DNA of 61,381 nt, filler included, from Globobulimina sp. (lineage: Eukaryota): the NCBI GenBank assembly GCA_003354225.1. It is 11 parts of 11 records of this genome, joined end to end, with 100 filler letters (N's around TTAATTAATTAA, not from the genome) between each part and the next. Parts side by side here need not be neighbours in the genome. Positions count along the whole stretch, not along the records: positions 22,387 to 27,874 come from PIVH01000544.1; positions 27,975 to 33,461 come from PIVH01000545.1; positions 33,562 to 39,047 come from PIVH01000546.1; 8 more parts are not named here. One strand, written 5' to 3'. The position numbers and the translations under genes are program-made. Positions 22,388-35,468 of this stretch are shown in pieces (within the stretch, counting starts at the first letter, position 1; each line of letters starts with the position of its first letter). Below the pieces are notes generated by a model, which worked only from the letters and a program-made list of their open reading frames with translations, made no database searches and had not been told where the DNA came from.

Positions 22388-24619
22388 CCAACTCCCACAC
22401 TAAAACCCACCACAACTCCTACAAAAAAACCTAGCGCAAATCCTACACAAAGACCCAGCTTAAATCCATCGAAAAAGCCATCATTTAATCCCTCCCAAAA
22501 TCCATCCACTAGTACCAGCAGTGGCACATTGCCAGCAATCGAAAAGAATACCACACAGTCTCTCCACGATAATGATAATGACAATGATACGGATTATGTG
22601 GAAAGAGTACAACGACAGACTGGATTAGAACAAGTGGATATATTATGGCTGGTTACTGCCTTATTATTGTCTGTATTATGCTTTATTATGGTTATATTAT
22701 CATATTATATGTACCATTCACGCGGTAAACTCAATGATAACAATGCTGACAACGACGCTAATCACAAGAAAGCAGTGAGATCTCGACATAGATCCATATC
22801 AAATTTTAAAAGTTTAAAACGAAATTCTAAATCATCATACATGTCTGAACAGGATCAGACTAAAATGAATAAGCTAATCATATCTGCGTTGAGCGAAAAT
22901 AGTAACAATAAATACACCGCTCCTATGAAACCCACACATTTACCACGTCGTAAAAGTAAACCTAAAAATATCGACAGATATAGAAAACATGAGATGAATC
23001 CGCACAATCAACATAATAATGATGCCATCGCGAATCATGCACCAAAACAAGAAACCGATGCAGAGTATGACCAGGACCATGGCCATGACCATGATGTCAA
23101 AGAAGGCGCAGAAACAGTACACGTCGATAATACATTAGAATGGGATGAAAATAAGAATAATGAGAGCGTCGTAATCAATGTAGCTGAGGCTTCCCGGTCC
23201 TATCCGCAACATAATCCGTATCCAAATGGTAATTTAAACCAATTGCATGAACATTCCTATTCACAGTCCATGCCTTATACAAACAACGCGGAGAACAATG
23301 AGAACAAACACAGTAAACTCACCAATGGTTATACAGAGCAAGAGAGCGTGTCCTCCGCTGCAGACCAACCCTATGCATATTATCCAAAACAGAAAGCCTC
23401 CTCAAATGGCGTGCATTGCAGTGATGGCCATCCCAATCCATATTTAACCGAACCGCAATGCTCACAAATATATAGCCACGCTGTGGGCAAATTATTATAC
23501 AATCATCAATTACAGCAACGACCAAATACAAATGATACAAATACAAATGATGCAAACAACGAGTTAGTAGACGGTAATGGTATACATACCTTTGGCCCCG
23601 GCACCGTCCGTAAACATCCTGGATTTATTAATACAAAATTAGGCGATATCGACGAGAATGCCGTCAATATCAAAGTTGATGAGAATAGCAATGCAAATTC
23701 CAGTGTGGCCCAACATGGTCACCATCAAAATACATTGAGTGTAGAGATTGCGGCCAATAAAATATTGTCGCCGTTGAGTACGGTGACGGCTTCGTCCATA
23801 GCCCCCACACAAGAGGACAGTGACAGCAGTGAGAGTGAGAGTGATGGGGAACAGGGCGGAGATGAACAACAATCAGAAACGATGAATATAGCAGTACGTA
23901 CCAACGATTTCCCATTAGATTTAGGCACGCAAATGCAACAAAAGCATGGTTTGGGTGTATTAATATTGGAAGAGGCGGCATCGTCCTCGTCGGCGTCATC
24001 GAGTTCAAGCAGTTCATCCTCGTCCTCTGAGGACTCATCCTCGTCCAGTTCATCCACGCAATACTCACTAAGTACGAGTGAGAGTGGCGAGGAAGACGAA
24101 GAGTTAAAACAATCTGAAATTGCAATGTGCAGTGAACAGAAATTACAAGAATGGATCAGTACGGGGGCAATGGATGGCCATTCCATGCATGGTACAAATT
24201 TAAATCAATTTCCGTATGAGACGCAGAATCAAAATAATTATAATTATTTGCATCATCAAAGGAATGTTACGATGGTTATCAAACACCAAAATAATAATAC
24301 TTTGCCGCTATCGAATGTGGATGCATCTGCATCACCAATTGAGCCGACACAAAAAGTGGACGTTATTGTTGGGGATCAAATGTATGAATCGCCGTTTAAT
24401 CAGGATCTCGATAATAATGTGTGGAATAAACATATTTATAAAAGTTCTGTGAATACTATAAATACAAATGTGTCTTCAAAGAAAACATATGTGGAATGTC
24501 CAGTGTCTGTACATGATGGTGATGATGATAATAGTGGTTCGGAGAAAAGTATAATTGATGATAATGCCACCACCACTTCTATAGCGACGCTAGAAATACA
24601 GGGTCTTATAAATGTATAA
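22388..24619 (+). CDS. Single-pass membrane protein with a (P-T/S-x-x)n mucin-like stalk and a long low-complexity cytoplasmic tail, 5'-partial
   Basis: PTPTLKPTTTPTKKPSANPTQRPSLNP in frame from the contig edge; TM ILWLVTALLLSVLCFIMVILSYY; poly-Ser tract. Confidence 0.75.
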   Translation, partial: PTPTLKPTTTPTKKPSANPTQRPSLNPSKKPSFNPSQNPSTSTSSGTLPAIEKNTTQSLHDNDNDNDTDYVERVQRQTGLEQVDILWLVTALLLSVLCFIMVILSYYMYHSRGKLNDNNADNDANHKKAVRSRHRSISNFKSLKRNSKSSYMSEQDQTKMNKLIISALSENSNNKYTAPMKPTHLPRRKSKPKNIDRYRKHEMNPHNQHNNDAIANHAPKQETDAEYDQDHGHDHDVKEGAETVHVDNTLEWDENKNNESVVINVAEASRSYPQHNPYPNGNLNQLHEHSYSQSMPYTNNAENNENKHSKLTNGYTEQESVSSAADQPYAYYPKQKASSNGVHCSDGHPNPYLTEPQCSQIYSHAVGKLLYNHQLQQRPNTNDTNTNDANNELVDGNGIHTFGPGTVRKHPGFINTKLGDIDENAVNIKVDENSNANSSVAQHGHHQNTLSVEIAANKILSPLSTVTASSIAPTQEDSDSSESESDGEQGGDEQQSETMNIAVRTNDFPLDLGTQMQQKHGLGVLILEEAASSSSASSSSSSSSSSSEDSSSSSSSTQYSLSTSESGEEDEELKQSEIAMCSEQKLQEWISTGAMDGHSMHGTNLNQFPYETQNQNNYNYLHHQRNVTMVIKHQNNNTLPLSNVDASASPIEPTQKVDVIVGDQMYESPFNQDLDNNVWNKHIYKSSVNTINTNVSSKKTYVECPVSVHDGDDDNSGSEKSIIDDNATTTSIATLEIQGLINV

Positions 24620-25073
24620 ATCTGTTGTTTTTTTATTTATATTATATATTTGTTTTATTGCTTTCTTTTTTTTTAATTTATTATTTTTGAATATATATTT
24701 TATTAATGTATTATGGATTTTGTTTGTTGTTAATGTGTGTTATTTTAATATTTTTGTTTTTTGATCTTTCTGATTATTATTTAATTATCCAATTTTATTC
24801 TTTTATTTTTTCTCAATGTGTGTTATAATGTAATTGAATTGATCTTTGAATTTATATATTTTTCTGAAACGATTATATTGGTTGATTTTTGAGAAACGAG
24901 TCTATTCCAAAAACGTTTTCCAATTTTATAATCAGAAAAAGCGGCGGATTTGAAGAAAAAACCTCGGCTGAATCAGTTGCTGTCTCAGCCATTTGTTCGT
25001 TTTGTTGTTTTTTACAAATTTGCCATTGAGAGTAAGTTAGCCGATAAAACAAAAATGTTGTCACTTTATGTCA

Positions 25074-26284
25074 TTAGAATCCCCTGCAACCAGAGCGTAT
25101 TCCTGGGCCACTTTCATCATATTCATCGATGGTGATCCATCTTTCATCAAAGGTAGATAACGCGGACAAAATTGAAGCCCCAATCCATGTCAAATATTTC
25201 CGATTCGGTGGTGAAACAATATTAATCTGCTCAACACCGAAATGTTTATAAATCAAATGAATAATATCACCATATAACACTCGATCATTTGCATATTCTC
25301 TCAAATATCCATCAACTGTCAACTTTGAAATCAACAAATCATCCATTTCATGATATAATCTCTCTTCAATCCCTTTGAACATCGTATTACCTCCGCATAA
25401 TATAACATTTCCAAATAATTCCGATCTTATCTCAGTATCACATTTTATCACAGCATCATAGATCAGTCTATGAATACCATCCATTGCTTCCTTACCAATA
25501 ATGTTTGGATCAAACAGTATCTCCAAACATTTAGATTGAGATACTTTATCATCAATATTTATGACAGCACCATCTGGTAACTTATATTGCATACTTCCTT
25601 TTTCCTTCATACTGTTGACATCCTCAACACGGATACAATTACAATCATAAGATTTGAAGCAATTGTTCATCAAATAATTTGTTATATCATTTCCACCAAA
25701 AGTCGATCTTTCTACAGCACCAAGTATTACACCGCCTGGGTTCCTGTCGTATGCACATTCTTCATGTATTGGTACTGAATATGTTGCATTCAGACCAGAG
25801 TCCAAAACAATTCCTGATTTTCTTCCAGTGCCATATAATGCGCACACTGCATCGACTTCATATTCCATTGCAGCAACATTGAAGGTTTCAAACATAATTT
25901 CAATCATTTTTTCTCTGTTTGTTTTTGGATTTAATGGTGGCTGAGTCAATAATACAGCAATGGTTTCTGGTTCTGGCTTTATTTTAAGTTGGTTATAAAA
26001 TGTATGATGCCATAGTTTCTCCATTTCGTCCCAATTTCTAACAATTCCATGTTGTATTGGATGGTTTATTATTAAATCATTTCTTTTAAAATCTGCATTA
26101 TTGCCAACAAAACAGCAAGTCTCTTGTTTATTTTTTGCATTCTTCGATTTGCATGTAATTGAAGGAAATATAACCTGTGGCAAATTATCACCGGAAAATC
26201 CTGCTTTATCTGTCCAGATCCATTATCAATCACCACCACAGTACACTCGTCGTAACTTTCTTCTTCATCCTCATCAGATGACAT
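25074..26284 (-). CDS. Divergent actin-like protein with a 1-nt frameshift near 26205 and an internal helical insertion
   Basis: VVIDNGSGQIK/AGFSGDNLPQVIFPS, HPIQHGIVRNWDEMEKLWHHTFYN, NREKM, ILCGGNTMF, WIGASIL, EYDESGP. Confidence 0.88.
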
Positions 26285-26311
26285 TAAAAACAGCTTACTT
26301 CAATTTTATCC

Positions 26312-27784
26312 ATGACAACAACTAAAGAATGTGAATCGACAGCTGATATTGACATAATATTAATCGAGAAATCTGGACAAGACGGGTTTAGATGGATTGT
26401 ATTACTAATTGTTTGCATTTGTGTGTTCTCGCTTGTTTACTGCTTAGATAACCCATTTGCGTTACAAAGTAAATTAGAAGATGAAAATGCGTATAATTTA
26501 TCTCCAGTTGAGTATAACTTACTATATGGCATTTACGGATATGTGAATGTAATTTTACCATTAATCGCTGGATTGTTAATTGATTATATTGGTCTCAATT
26601 CAGCCTCATTCTTATTTTATTCAATAATTGTAATGGGACAAACAATTTGGGTGTTTGGATGCATGCAATCGTCATATCCATTGATGATATTAGGTCGTGG
26701 GATTTTCGGTGGCGGCGCTCAACCATTTCAAACCTCACGAAAGTATTATTATTACGAATATTTCTTAGGCAAAGAATACGCATTTGCTGCAGGTCTAACT
26801 TTATTTGCATCGCGCAGCTCATCTGCAGTTCAATCGTATGTCACTACGTTTATATTTGCGACAGTCAATAAAGATCGTAACGAGGAGAAATATATAATTA
26901 ATGGAGTCGTTGCAGCATTATCTGTTGGTTGGACATTAGTAATGTTGTCATTAATTTTGTTTATATTATTTCTTGTTTATAGCAGATGTAAATACTCAAA
27001 CAATGATATAAAAACAAGGAGCTTATCACATATGAAAACTGAAAATAAACCGTTGATAGTAACTGAAAGAAGCTCTAGATCTAAATTTAATTTGCCTGGT
27101 TTATGGAAGGGGGCATTTGACACTAGATTTTGGATATTAACCTTAGCATTAATGTGCTTTTATTCATCTTATTTATCATTTATAAATATTGGTTCATCGT
27201 TCCTTCAACAAAGATATGATATGTCATATGAAAGAGGGAATGAATTGTTGCCAATTCCTTTGTTTATGTCAGCGTTTGCTATTCCAATTTTTGGTTTTAT
27301 TACCGATAAATATGGGAAGCGATGTCAATTGTTAACTTTATCTGCTTTGTTATTGACGATATCACATTTAATATTAGGCTTTGCACCGAGTGATATAAAC
27401 GATTATGTACCAATTATTGGATTGGTCTGTTTTGGCTTTGCAATGTCGATCGGTTCAGCAATATTATGGCCAACAGTTGGATTAATTTGCACAAAGCAAT
27501 ATTTAGCCACAGCATTAGGATTTGTTGGGTGCTTAAACAACGGTTTTAAGGGTACAAGTTCTTTAATTGTTGGTGTGTTAACACGAGATGATGATACTAC
27601 GCACAGATATCAATATGTGTCATATTGGATCACATTCTTAGCTGTTGTAATGTTGATATGTGTAATATTATTGTGGTATTTTGATAAAAGCAGATTCAAT
27701 AATGTCTTGAATAAAAGGGAAGCTAAATTTAATAAAAAAAATGAGAGTTATGATGTTGAATTAGCAGATAAGGGGTCTCTTTGA
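26312..27784 (+). CDS. MFS transporter, MFSD1-like
   Basis: YCLDNPFALQ, YNLLY, AGLLIDYIG, LGRGIFGGG, FGFITDKYGKR, LWP, TALG; about 12 TM segments. Confidence 0.88.
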   Translation: MTTTKECESTADIDIILIEKSGQDGFRWIVLLIVCICVFSLVYCLDNPFALQSKLEDENAYNLSPVEYNLLYGIYGYVNVILPLIAGLLIDYIGLNSASFLFYSIIVMGQTIWVFGCMQSSYPLMILGRGIFGGGAQPFQTSRKYYYYEYFLGKEYAFAAGLTLFASRSSSAVQSYVTTFIFATVNKDRNEEKYIINGVVAALSVGWTLVMLSLILFILFLVYSRCKYSNNDIKTRSLSHMKTENKPLIVTERSSRSKFNLPGLWKGAFDTRFWILTLALMCFYSSYLSFINIGSSFLQQRYDMSYERGNELLPIPLFMSAFAIPIFGFITDKYGKRCQLLTLSALLLTISHLILGFAPSDINDYVPIIGLVCFGFAMSIGSAILWPTVGLICTKQYLATALGFVGCLNNGFKGTSSLIVGVLTRDDDTTHRYQYVSYWITFLAVVMLICVILLWYFDKSRFNNVLNKREAKFNKKNESYDVELADKGSL

Positions 27785-27974
27785 TTAAAATTGACTTATT
27801 ATTTATTGTGGTTTGTTTGTTTTTGTTTTTGATTTGTCGCATTGATACCAATTGTTTGCAATCCATTTTGTAATNNNNNNNNNNNNNNNNNNNNNNNNNN
27901 NNNNNNNNNNNNNNNNNNTTAATTAATTAANNNNNNNNNNNNNNNNNNNNNNNNNNNNNNNNNNNNNNNNNNNN

Positions 27975-30900
27975 ATAATAATGACAACACCGCCTAATAC
28001 CCATTTGTCCGGATTGTGTTTTGTTTTAAGTGGCGCAGTAAATACAAAAGTAGGACCTCTTTGTTGAGTTTGATAGACCGGACATTGATAAATGCCATTT
28101 TTCTCTTGTTTTGAGGATAATATGGTTTTACAATTCACCACTGGCAAAGGCGAAATCATTTCTCTTGGCTCGGATTCTTGCAATATAGATTGCTGTACAT
28201 TCCATTGTGCGCCTTCCAGGTTTAAACCAGTAATATATGCCCCATCTCTCGCAGGTTCGTCAATATCCGATGGCAGTTTCCTTGTAACTTCAGTAATGAT
28301 CGCTAGTTTATCCAATTCTAAATTATTTTTTCTAGCGGCCACCTGCATCACTGCAGTTAAAAATGATTGTGGGTTGAATAAATATGCAACATTGACGACA
28401 GAGGGTATTGATGTTGGATTATCGACCCATTCTTGTAATTGCTGTGCCCTTTCTATTAAATCTCGTATCCATGACGGCAAAGCGCGCAATGATGGAAAGG
28501 CTAAATTACTCCATGTTGATGGTATGCGCTCAAAAAATAAGGACTCCTGCAATTCTTCCATTCGCTCAGTCATTGTCAGTTCGCCGTGTAAACCTAAATC
28601 CAACTCCGCCAATGACCGCTTCATTTCGGTAATCAATTTATTCATTCTTTCGCATTCTTGCAAAAATACATATTGATACGGTCCTCGATCTTCAATACAT
28701 AGCGATGACAATATTTCATCCATATCAAACGATATATCGTCCATTTTATCTAAAATTTCTTCTAAAATTGATGCAGCTCTTTGTTGTGGATTCTGGGCAC
28801 TATCCGATGTTGAATTATCTTTTGGTTGTAATTCCATAATAGAGGCAAATAAATCGGTTGATTCTTGCGTTCTGACTGCGATCTCTGTATTTGGATGCAA
28901 ACCATATATTATTGGCGACTCTGTACTTGGGAGGTATTCATCCATATAACTAAAATATTCATCATACTGCAATGCACCCGGCGCATTAAAGGTGCTCTCA
29001 TCAACCTTACTTTTGCACTCCTCCTCTACAAAAGGGATCATATTTAATTCGTCAAATAACTCATTTTTCATATAATATTTGAGATACGTATTACATAACA
29101 ATCGATCCCAATCATCCGTAATATGGCCACCATACATAATCTCACCAAATATATATCGTAAATCTGCCCAAGGTATCTTATTTGAGGAGGCATTCTCTAA
29201 CTTATTTACTAACACAGTACCACTATTCACCAAATCGCCCGTATTAAATGGATACACTGCATTCCATCCTTTCGGGCCAAACTTTTTACGTTCAATCATT
29301 ACAGCATGGAACCAGCATAATGCAAATTGAATGGATTTAACTTGCGATTCGCGGAAATCAAATTCTTGTTTATCAAAGGAGGCAAATGCCCGCTTTAAAT
29401 TTGCTTTCATGCCTTCTGGTGGTTCGTTGGTTAATTTTATGGATCTCTCTAAGATTCCAATTGGTATTCCCGATGATGGTTCGGCCGATAAAAATACTCG
29501 AAAATCATCATGTGTCTTTGCTTGTGGTTCACAATATTCATCTAAACATTTTTCTAATTCTTTACACCATTTTGGCATTAAATGAATATTTTCTAATACG
29601 ACCCAATGTCCTTCGCGATGTGCTAGCTCTAATGTTTTCATTGCAATCACATCCTGTCCTTGGCCCATGGCAACGCGATGATATTTACCACTCGATACTA
29701 AGCCACGTTTGTTTGCAATGTTATATACAGTTTGCACTGGATCTGCGCCTGCAGACAATATAAAAAATACTGGCGTCGAATTATTACTGTCATCTAACGA
29801 GGATGTCAATACTTCATGGAATGATTTACCTGCATCCAATTCTATATATAATTGCCCGTTTGGCAAGGCAGAAGCTACAAATTTGCTGATTGCTACAGTC
29901 ATTCTATCCGGTCGCATACATCGAACAATACATAATTTTGCAAATGGATCTTCTGTATCTAATTTTCGCCAATCTAAGGGTAATGAGGATTGTTCCGGTG
30001 CTTGTTTTAAATACCATTCTTTAAATCTATTTGGTGAGGCCACTAAATCAGATACAAATCTCTCTAAACCGGTGCCCGATGAACCACTTAATTCACACAA
30101 TTTGCATAATCCACTCCATGCTGCATCGGGTAACCAAGCAATTGGATTTTCAACGCCATATTTTCTTTGGCCAAAGATTAAAAATTGAAAATAGGTGGCA
30201 TCATATTTTATTTTATCGCCTAAATGAGCCAATGCATTTTTTTGCATTAATTTGAATGTTAACTGAGATGAAAATATTAATTTAGGTTTTTCAAATAATC
30301 CGCGCGAGACCCACGTAAACACAACAAATCTTATCTCATCTCGCAAAAATAAAACTCTTTCATTTACGTTTTCAGATTTTTTCGCTTTTACCATTGCTTT
30401 ATAAAAAAATGTGATGAATGCATCTAATGAATATTGGTACATATGGTCAATAACATTTAATTGAATTAATAAGAAATAAATCCACGATGCTTCCTGCGCA
30501 ACACTTCGATACTCATTCCGGGCATTATTGATTTCAATCTCTTTTTCTTTTGCTTGTTTTACTTTGATTTCAATCTCTTTCGAGGCTTTTTTCGTATTTT
30601 CTAAACCTTCAATCAATGAAACATCCGATAATATATCATCTGGCGCATTACTTAATTTATATAACAATTCATTCTCTAAATCGTTTAATTTCACCATATA
30701 TTGATTAATACTTCGCATTAATAATCTTTTTGTTTCTTCTAATTCTGGTTTTTCATCATTCACAACCAATGCTAATAACTGTTCTTCCAAACCATTCTCT
30801 GTGACAATAAAATTAATTAATGTACATTGCGCAAATAATTCCGGTCTATAATTTGGATTCGATAATTTGGTTTGTAAATATAATTTAAACTTTGGATCAT

Positions 30901-33461
30901 AATCTTTCTCTTCGCCGGCAATCTTTATTCGCATACTTCGCCCTTTTTTGATGATGGCCCGCGAAAGAATTGGATCTAAGGTTGGATCAATATTTTCCGA
31001 CACATTCTCGATCAATACGGTTTTGCCTTGTTCTACACATCGAATCATTAACGATAACCAACGCGGATGGTTTAAATTGATGATTACCAGACCATCATCA
31101 CCGCCGCAATGATTACGTATCCATTTAATGCCTTGTTGTTGCGGATCAATCATCAATGGCCATCGACTACACATGGTCACAATGGCCGCATTCTCAATGG
31201 ATATACTGTCCACCGGCAGTCCTTCATTTGCCCATCGGGCTTGATCCGAAACAGTGGTTAATACATCTTTTGGTAATAATTCCCCGCTGGCAATACTGTC
31301 ACTGAGCGGGATTTGTTTATCAATCAAATCGGATAACCAATATTTTTCCCACAGTTCTTTACGAAATGACGAATTAAAGGCACCAATATAGGATACAAAG
31401 GCAGCGGATAACAAGACGTCACCAACTAAAGTATGCTGCTTTTTCTCTAAATTACTGATTCCTAAGCTCCATCGTTTATTTTCATCGGATAGGCCACCGA
31501 CTAACCTCTCCGCCAATTCTAACCTGTCCTGACATGCAGCAGCATCCGCTTCTACTTTATTTTTCTCGGCGATGGCTGCTTGCAATTCATCCGTTACACG
31601 TTTTAACAGTGCTTCTTTTGCTGCAACATCTCGTTCTACTTTTTCAAGAATGGCCATTGCTGCGGCATGTTCCGCTTCTGCTTCACGAGCTGCTGCCATT
31701 TTTGGTGCCACTTCCTTATATATTCCGTTATATTGCACAATTGCAACTACCCAAACACATAAGTTTGCAGCAGCTACACTAATTTTACTCATTGCAGTCT
31801 TATTAAAATATTCTTTCTGTAATACGGGGCCCACTAATTTTAATAATCCAGCATCAATTTCTTCAGCATTATAATTTTCTAATTCGCGTTTGAATGCATC
31901 CACATTTTTCATCATTGATTGAGATCTCTTCCATGAATGATTCTTTTTTTCCCCATCTTTTAATATTAATACAGCTTTGGTAACATCTAATATTTTGGGA
32001 TCGGGTGTTTTTAATGATTTTAATTCTGTCAATGATGCTTTGGTCAAACAATTGACGGCATTTTTAGCTGCATTCAAGGCTGGCATTGCTTTTTTTAATG
32101 TCTCCTCACATTCAGCTTTTATGCCATTGGCGCGTTGCAATACAATCGAAGCTTTAGCTTTTTCTTCCAACGCAATCGCTTTCTCAGCATCTACTTTTAC
32201 TCGTTCTTTACCACATTTTTCAATTAATAAATTTGCGGCAACTTTTTTTTCTTCCACAATTTCTAATTTCTTAATTAAATCTTCTTTTAAAGAGGCTACA
32301 TCTTTGGCTGTTTTCTGCAAAGTTGCGATACCTTTATCTAATCTCTGTATTTGTTGATATAATTCGTCAGATTGTTTCTTAAATAATTTCTTATAAAAAT
32401 CGATTAATTCTAAAAATGATTTTGGTGTGGTATAATTATATCTTTTTTCCACTTGGAAATATTTATCTGACATTGTATTTACGCTGATATGGTCATGCGC
32501 CATATGGTGGGCAATTTTATCCCGCTGTTCATCCGATAATATATCCGCTAATTCTTCAGATTCGCCCAAAAATCTATACGCAACAGAGGTTAATGCATCG
32601 TAAGGCCATGCAAAAAACCAATCCAATGATGTACAATTAATCAATGCGGGGAATTTACGACAGCGGACTCGAAATGCTTCACCAACGGGACTGAAACATA
32701 AAACTAAATGCAGGTTTTTGCTCACTTTATTAATAAAATATTCGTGCATCTTATATCGATTTGTATCATCGATATTATTTGCTTTAAATTCACTTCGTAA
32801 ACTCTGATATATTGAATCTTTCTCATCCTCACCAAATAATGATGGTATATCACCCGAGGATAATAAATCATTAATATAAACTAACCATTTTTCATCGACA
32901 ATTTGCGAATCAGTCAACATAAAACTAACTCCTTCATTTTTTACGCCGCATCTCATATATAATTGTTTAATATCTTCTAACAAATCAACAGATGAATATA
33001 AGCGAGTGACTTGGATTTGAAATACTTGGTAGCCACAAATCCACGAAGCTAGTCTGGTTAGTGACTGTTTACCGGAACCACCGACGCCAATTAAAAATGC
33101 GTTTCCTTTTGGACTCGATATGATGCGCGCAATGCGAACAATGTGATTCATCGCCATCTCGAACAATACTAATGGTAATTGGGCGTTGTTCTCATTGTAA
33201 TCTGCTAAAAAACATTCCAACGATTTGTTTAATTCCGAGTATGATTGTATTGGCGTATACGCTTTTTCGCTATGTATAAATGAACCAAATAATAATGGCT
33301 GCGCACTTAATTCGTCTTGATCATAATCTGCAAAATTCTTTTTACTTAATTCTTTAACAACATCTGTAAATGCATCCACATCATGTTGATCAATTAAACG
33401 ATCACCAAATACGCGGGTTACTTCATGTACCCATAAGCGAATAAATTCAATTTCATTTAAT
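27975..33461 (-). CDS. Axonemal dynein heavy chain (outer-arm beta-like), AAA4-stalk-AAA5-AAA6-C-terminal region; partial at both ends
   Basis: GVGGSGKQSL, LHLVLCFSPVG..FR.R.R.FP, YTTPKSFLE, RWPLMIDPQQQG, GEIMYGGHITDDWDR, RGPTFVF..LK....KWVLGGV. Confidence 0.97.
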
Positions 33462-33561
33462 NNNNNNNNNNNNNNNNNNNNNNNNNNNNNNNNNNNNNNN
33501 NNNNNTTAATTAATTAANNNNNNNNNNNNNNNNNNNNNNNNNNNNNNNNNNNNNNNNNNNN

Positions 33562-35207
33562 ACGCAATTTGCAATGTGGTTGTTATGAATCGTGCAGTGG
33601 CGGCTCATTAAATACGTCCTGTTATGAAGGGAATGAATTTGGATATTGTGAGGCCGGTACCTGTTGCTGTGGTGGTGACTGCATTACGACGCAAATAAGC
33701 GACTCTGTATCGAGTGACGGCTCCGGCGATGGTTATTATTCATATTCCGAATGGTTTGCGGATCGATGCGGATTATCTCAAAGTTCCACGCAAGATTTGT
33801 ATTATTCTGTTTCTGATTCCTCACAGAACTCAGATTCCGGCGCTAGCTCTGGGCGGAGAAGAAGGCGATTTTTAGGTGCTTCGTTTGGGAGTATGCGGCG
33901 TTTGCGGTCCGCAGATAGCAGCAGTTACGGCGACAGATACAATACGTGGACGCAGAACGACGCTTATAATGATTTCCTGATTGAAACCTGTGTGACCTAC
34001 GAGATAAGCGGCAGTATTCCTGACTGCATCGAAGATATAGAGATTTTTTTTACCAATTTGTTCCAACAATTTGACAGATTTCAATGTCACCAATTTGAAC
34101 GCGTCTGACATTTCCGGCATAATAACGAGTGCCACCTTCGACGATGGCAGCAATGTGTTGAGTGCGGTTGGCGTGAATTTCGAAGGAGAGTTGGGAATTA
34201 TGTTGGAATTGATTGATTATAATGTCAGTTCGTTTGAGGTTTGCCTGGGAAATGTGAGTGTGAGCGCGCAGAATGTGGACTCTTTGGATGTAGCCACTAT
34301 CGATACCTCGGCAGGTGTGGCTATCATGAATAGCACCCTCGGTGAGCAGCGATGTGCCATTGATGGTTTGCCGTGTTTTAATTTCTTCTTTGACGCAGAT
34401 TGTCCACCTACGACGACTGACGATGGCGTGTTCCGCAGCTGTGAGTGCACAGAGGGTATGGTAGAAATTAATTTGTTGTATGCGGGCACAGAGGATATTG
34501 CGGTTACTTTTTATCGCCGCTATAAGGAAAGTAGCGGTACGGTCCGCGGTGATGTTTATGCTTCGTTTGGAGTCTCGCCGGGTGGCGAAATAAGTGTTAG
34601 TTCGTCGTCTGGCGGCAAGGATTCGTTTGCGCGGAAAACAGGCGTTGTGATTGAGGACAGTTCGGGCGAGGTGGTCTGCGTTGGCTATATACAAAGATGT
34701 GCAATCTCGACTGTCGGACAACAAATAGCGGGGTGTTCCGATGTTGACTTATTTGTCGAGTCGTGGGCGTCTGGTGATGGCGCGTTGTGTGACTCGCTCG
34801 CCACTACTTTGGATGGCTCCTCTTACGCTGAGAATGCGCTGATTAGTAATAAGCAATCTATAAGCGGTGCTTTCAACGTATTTCAAGGGTTGGACCCGTA
34901 TATTAAATATTCATTGACTGGCATTTTGGTGACATTTGCTATTTTAATGTTTATTGCGTGTTATATTTGTGTTGCGAGGAATAATGATGATGAGAAAAAG
35001 GAAAATGTCGACAACGTGAAGGAAATGCATGATGTTGCACTTCAGAAAGGGACACAACGAGCGAATGAAAAGTATGGTGTTGAGGATAATAATAATGAGC
35101 GATTTGATGATGAATATTATGATGAAGATGGAGATAAAGAAGAAGACGGAAATGAAATCGTGGTTGAAATGCAAACTTATAAAAATACAAATAATAATGC
35201 AGATTAA
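33562..35207 (+). CDS. Cys-rich extracellular single-pass membrane protein, 5'-partial, frame change at about 34041-34108
   Basis: ORFs 33569..34108 and 34071..35207 share composition; RRRRRFL/RRL motifs; TM LTGILVTFAILMFIACYICV; acidic tail. Confidence 0.6.
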
Positions 35208-35468
35208 ATAAATTAATAAATCGAGTTTAATTTTTAAATAAAAAAATGTAAATATAAATATAATATAATAGGAAAATTGTTTTTTGATTGATTGTGTTTT
35301 GTAGTTCAGTTTCTGTTGTTTTTTGTTTTTCATGTTATTAAATGTGTGTTTACATTGTTAAGTTTTTTGATTTTATTATTATTATACTGTAGGAGTTGTT
35401 CTCCGTTGCTGTTGACATTACAAAAAAAAGAAAAAAAAGAAAAAAAGTATGAATATGCACATATAACC

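Noticed and set aside
28092-32357. Long plus-strand ORFs opposite dynein (and similar shadows opposite gltD, eEF2, CTL, and 34050..34724)
   Set aside because: Antisense shadows of conserved coding sequence with no motifs of their own.
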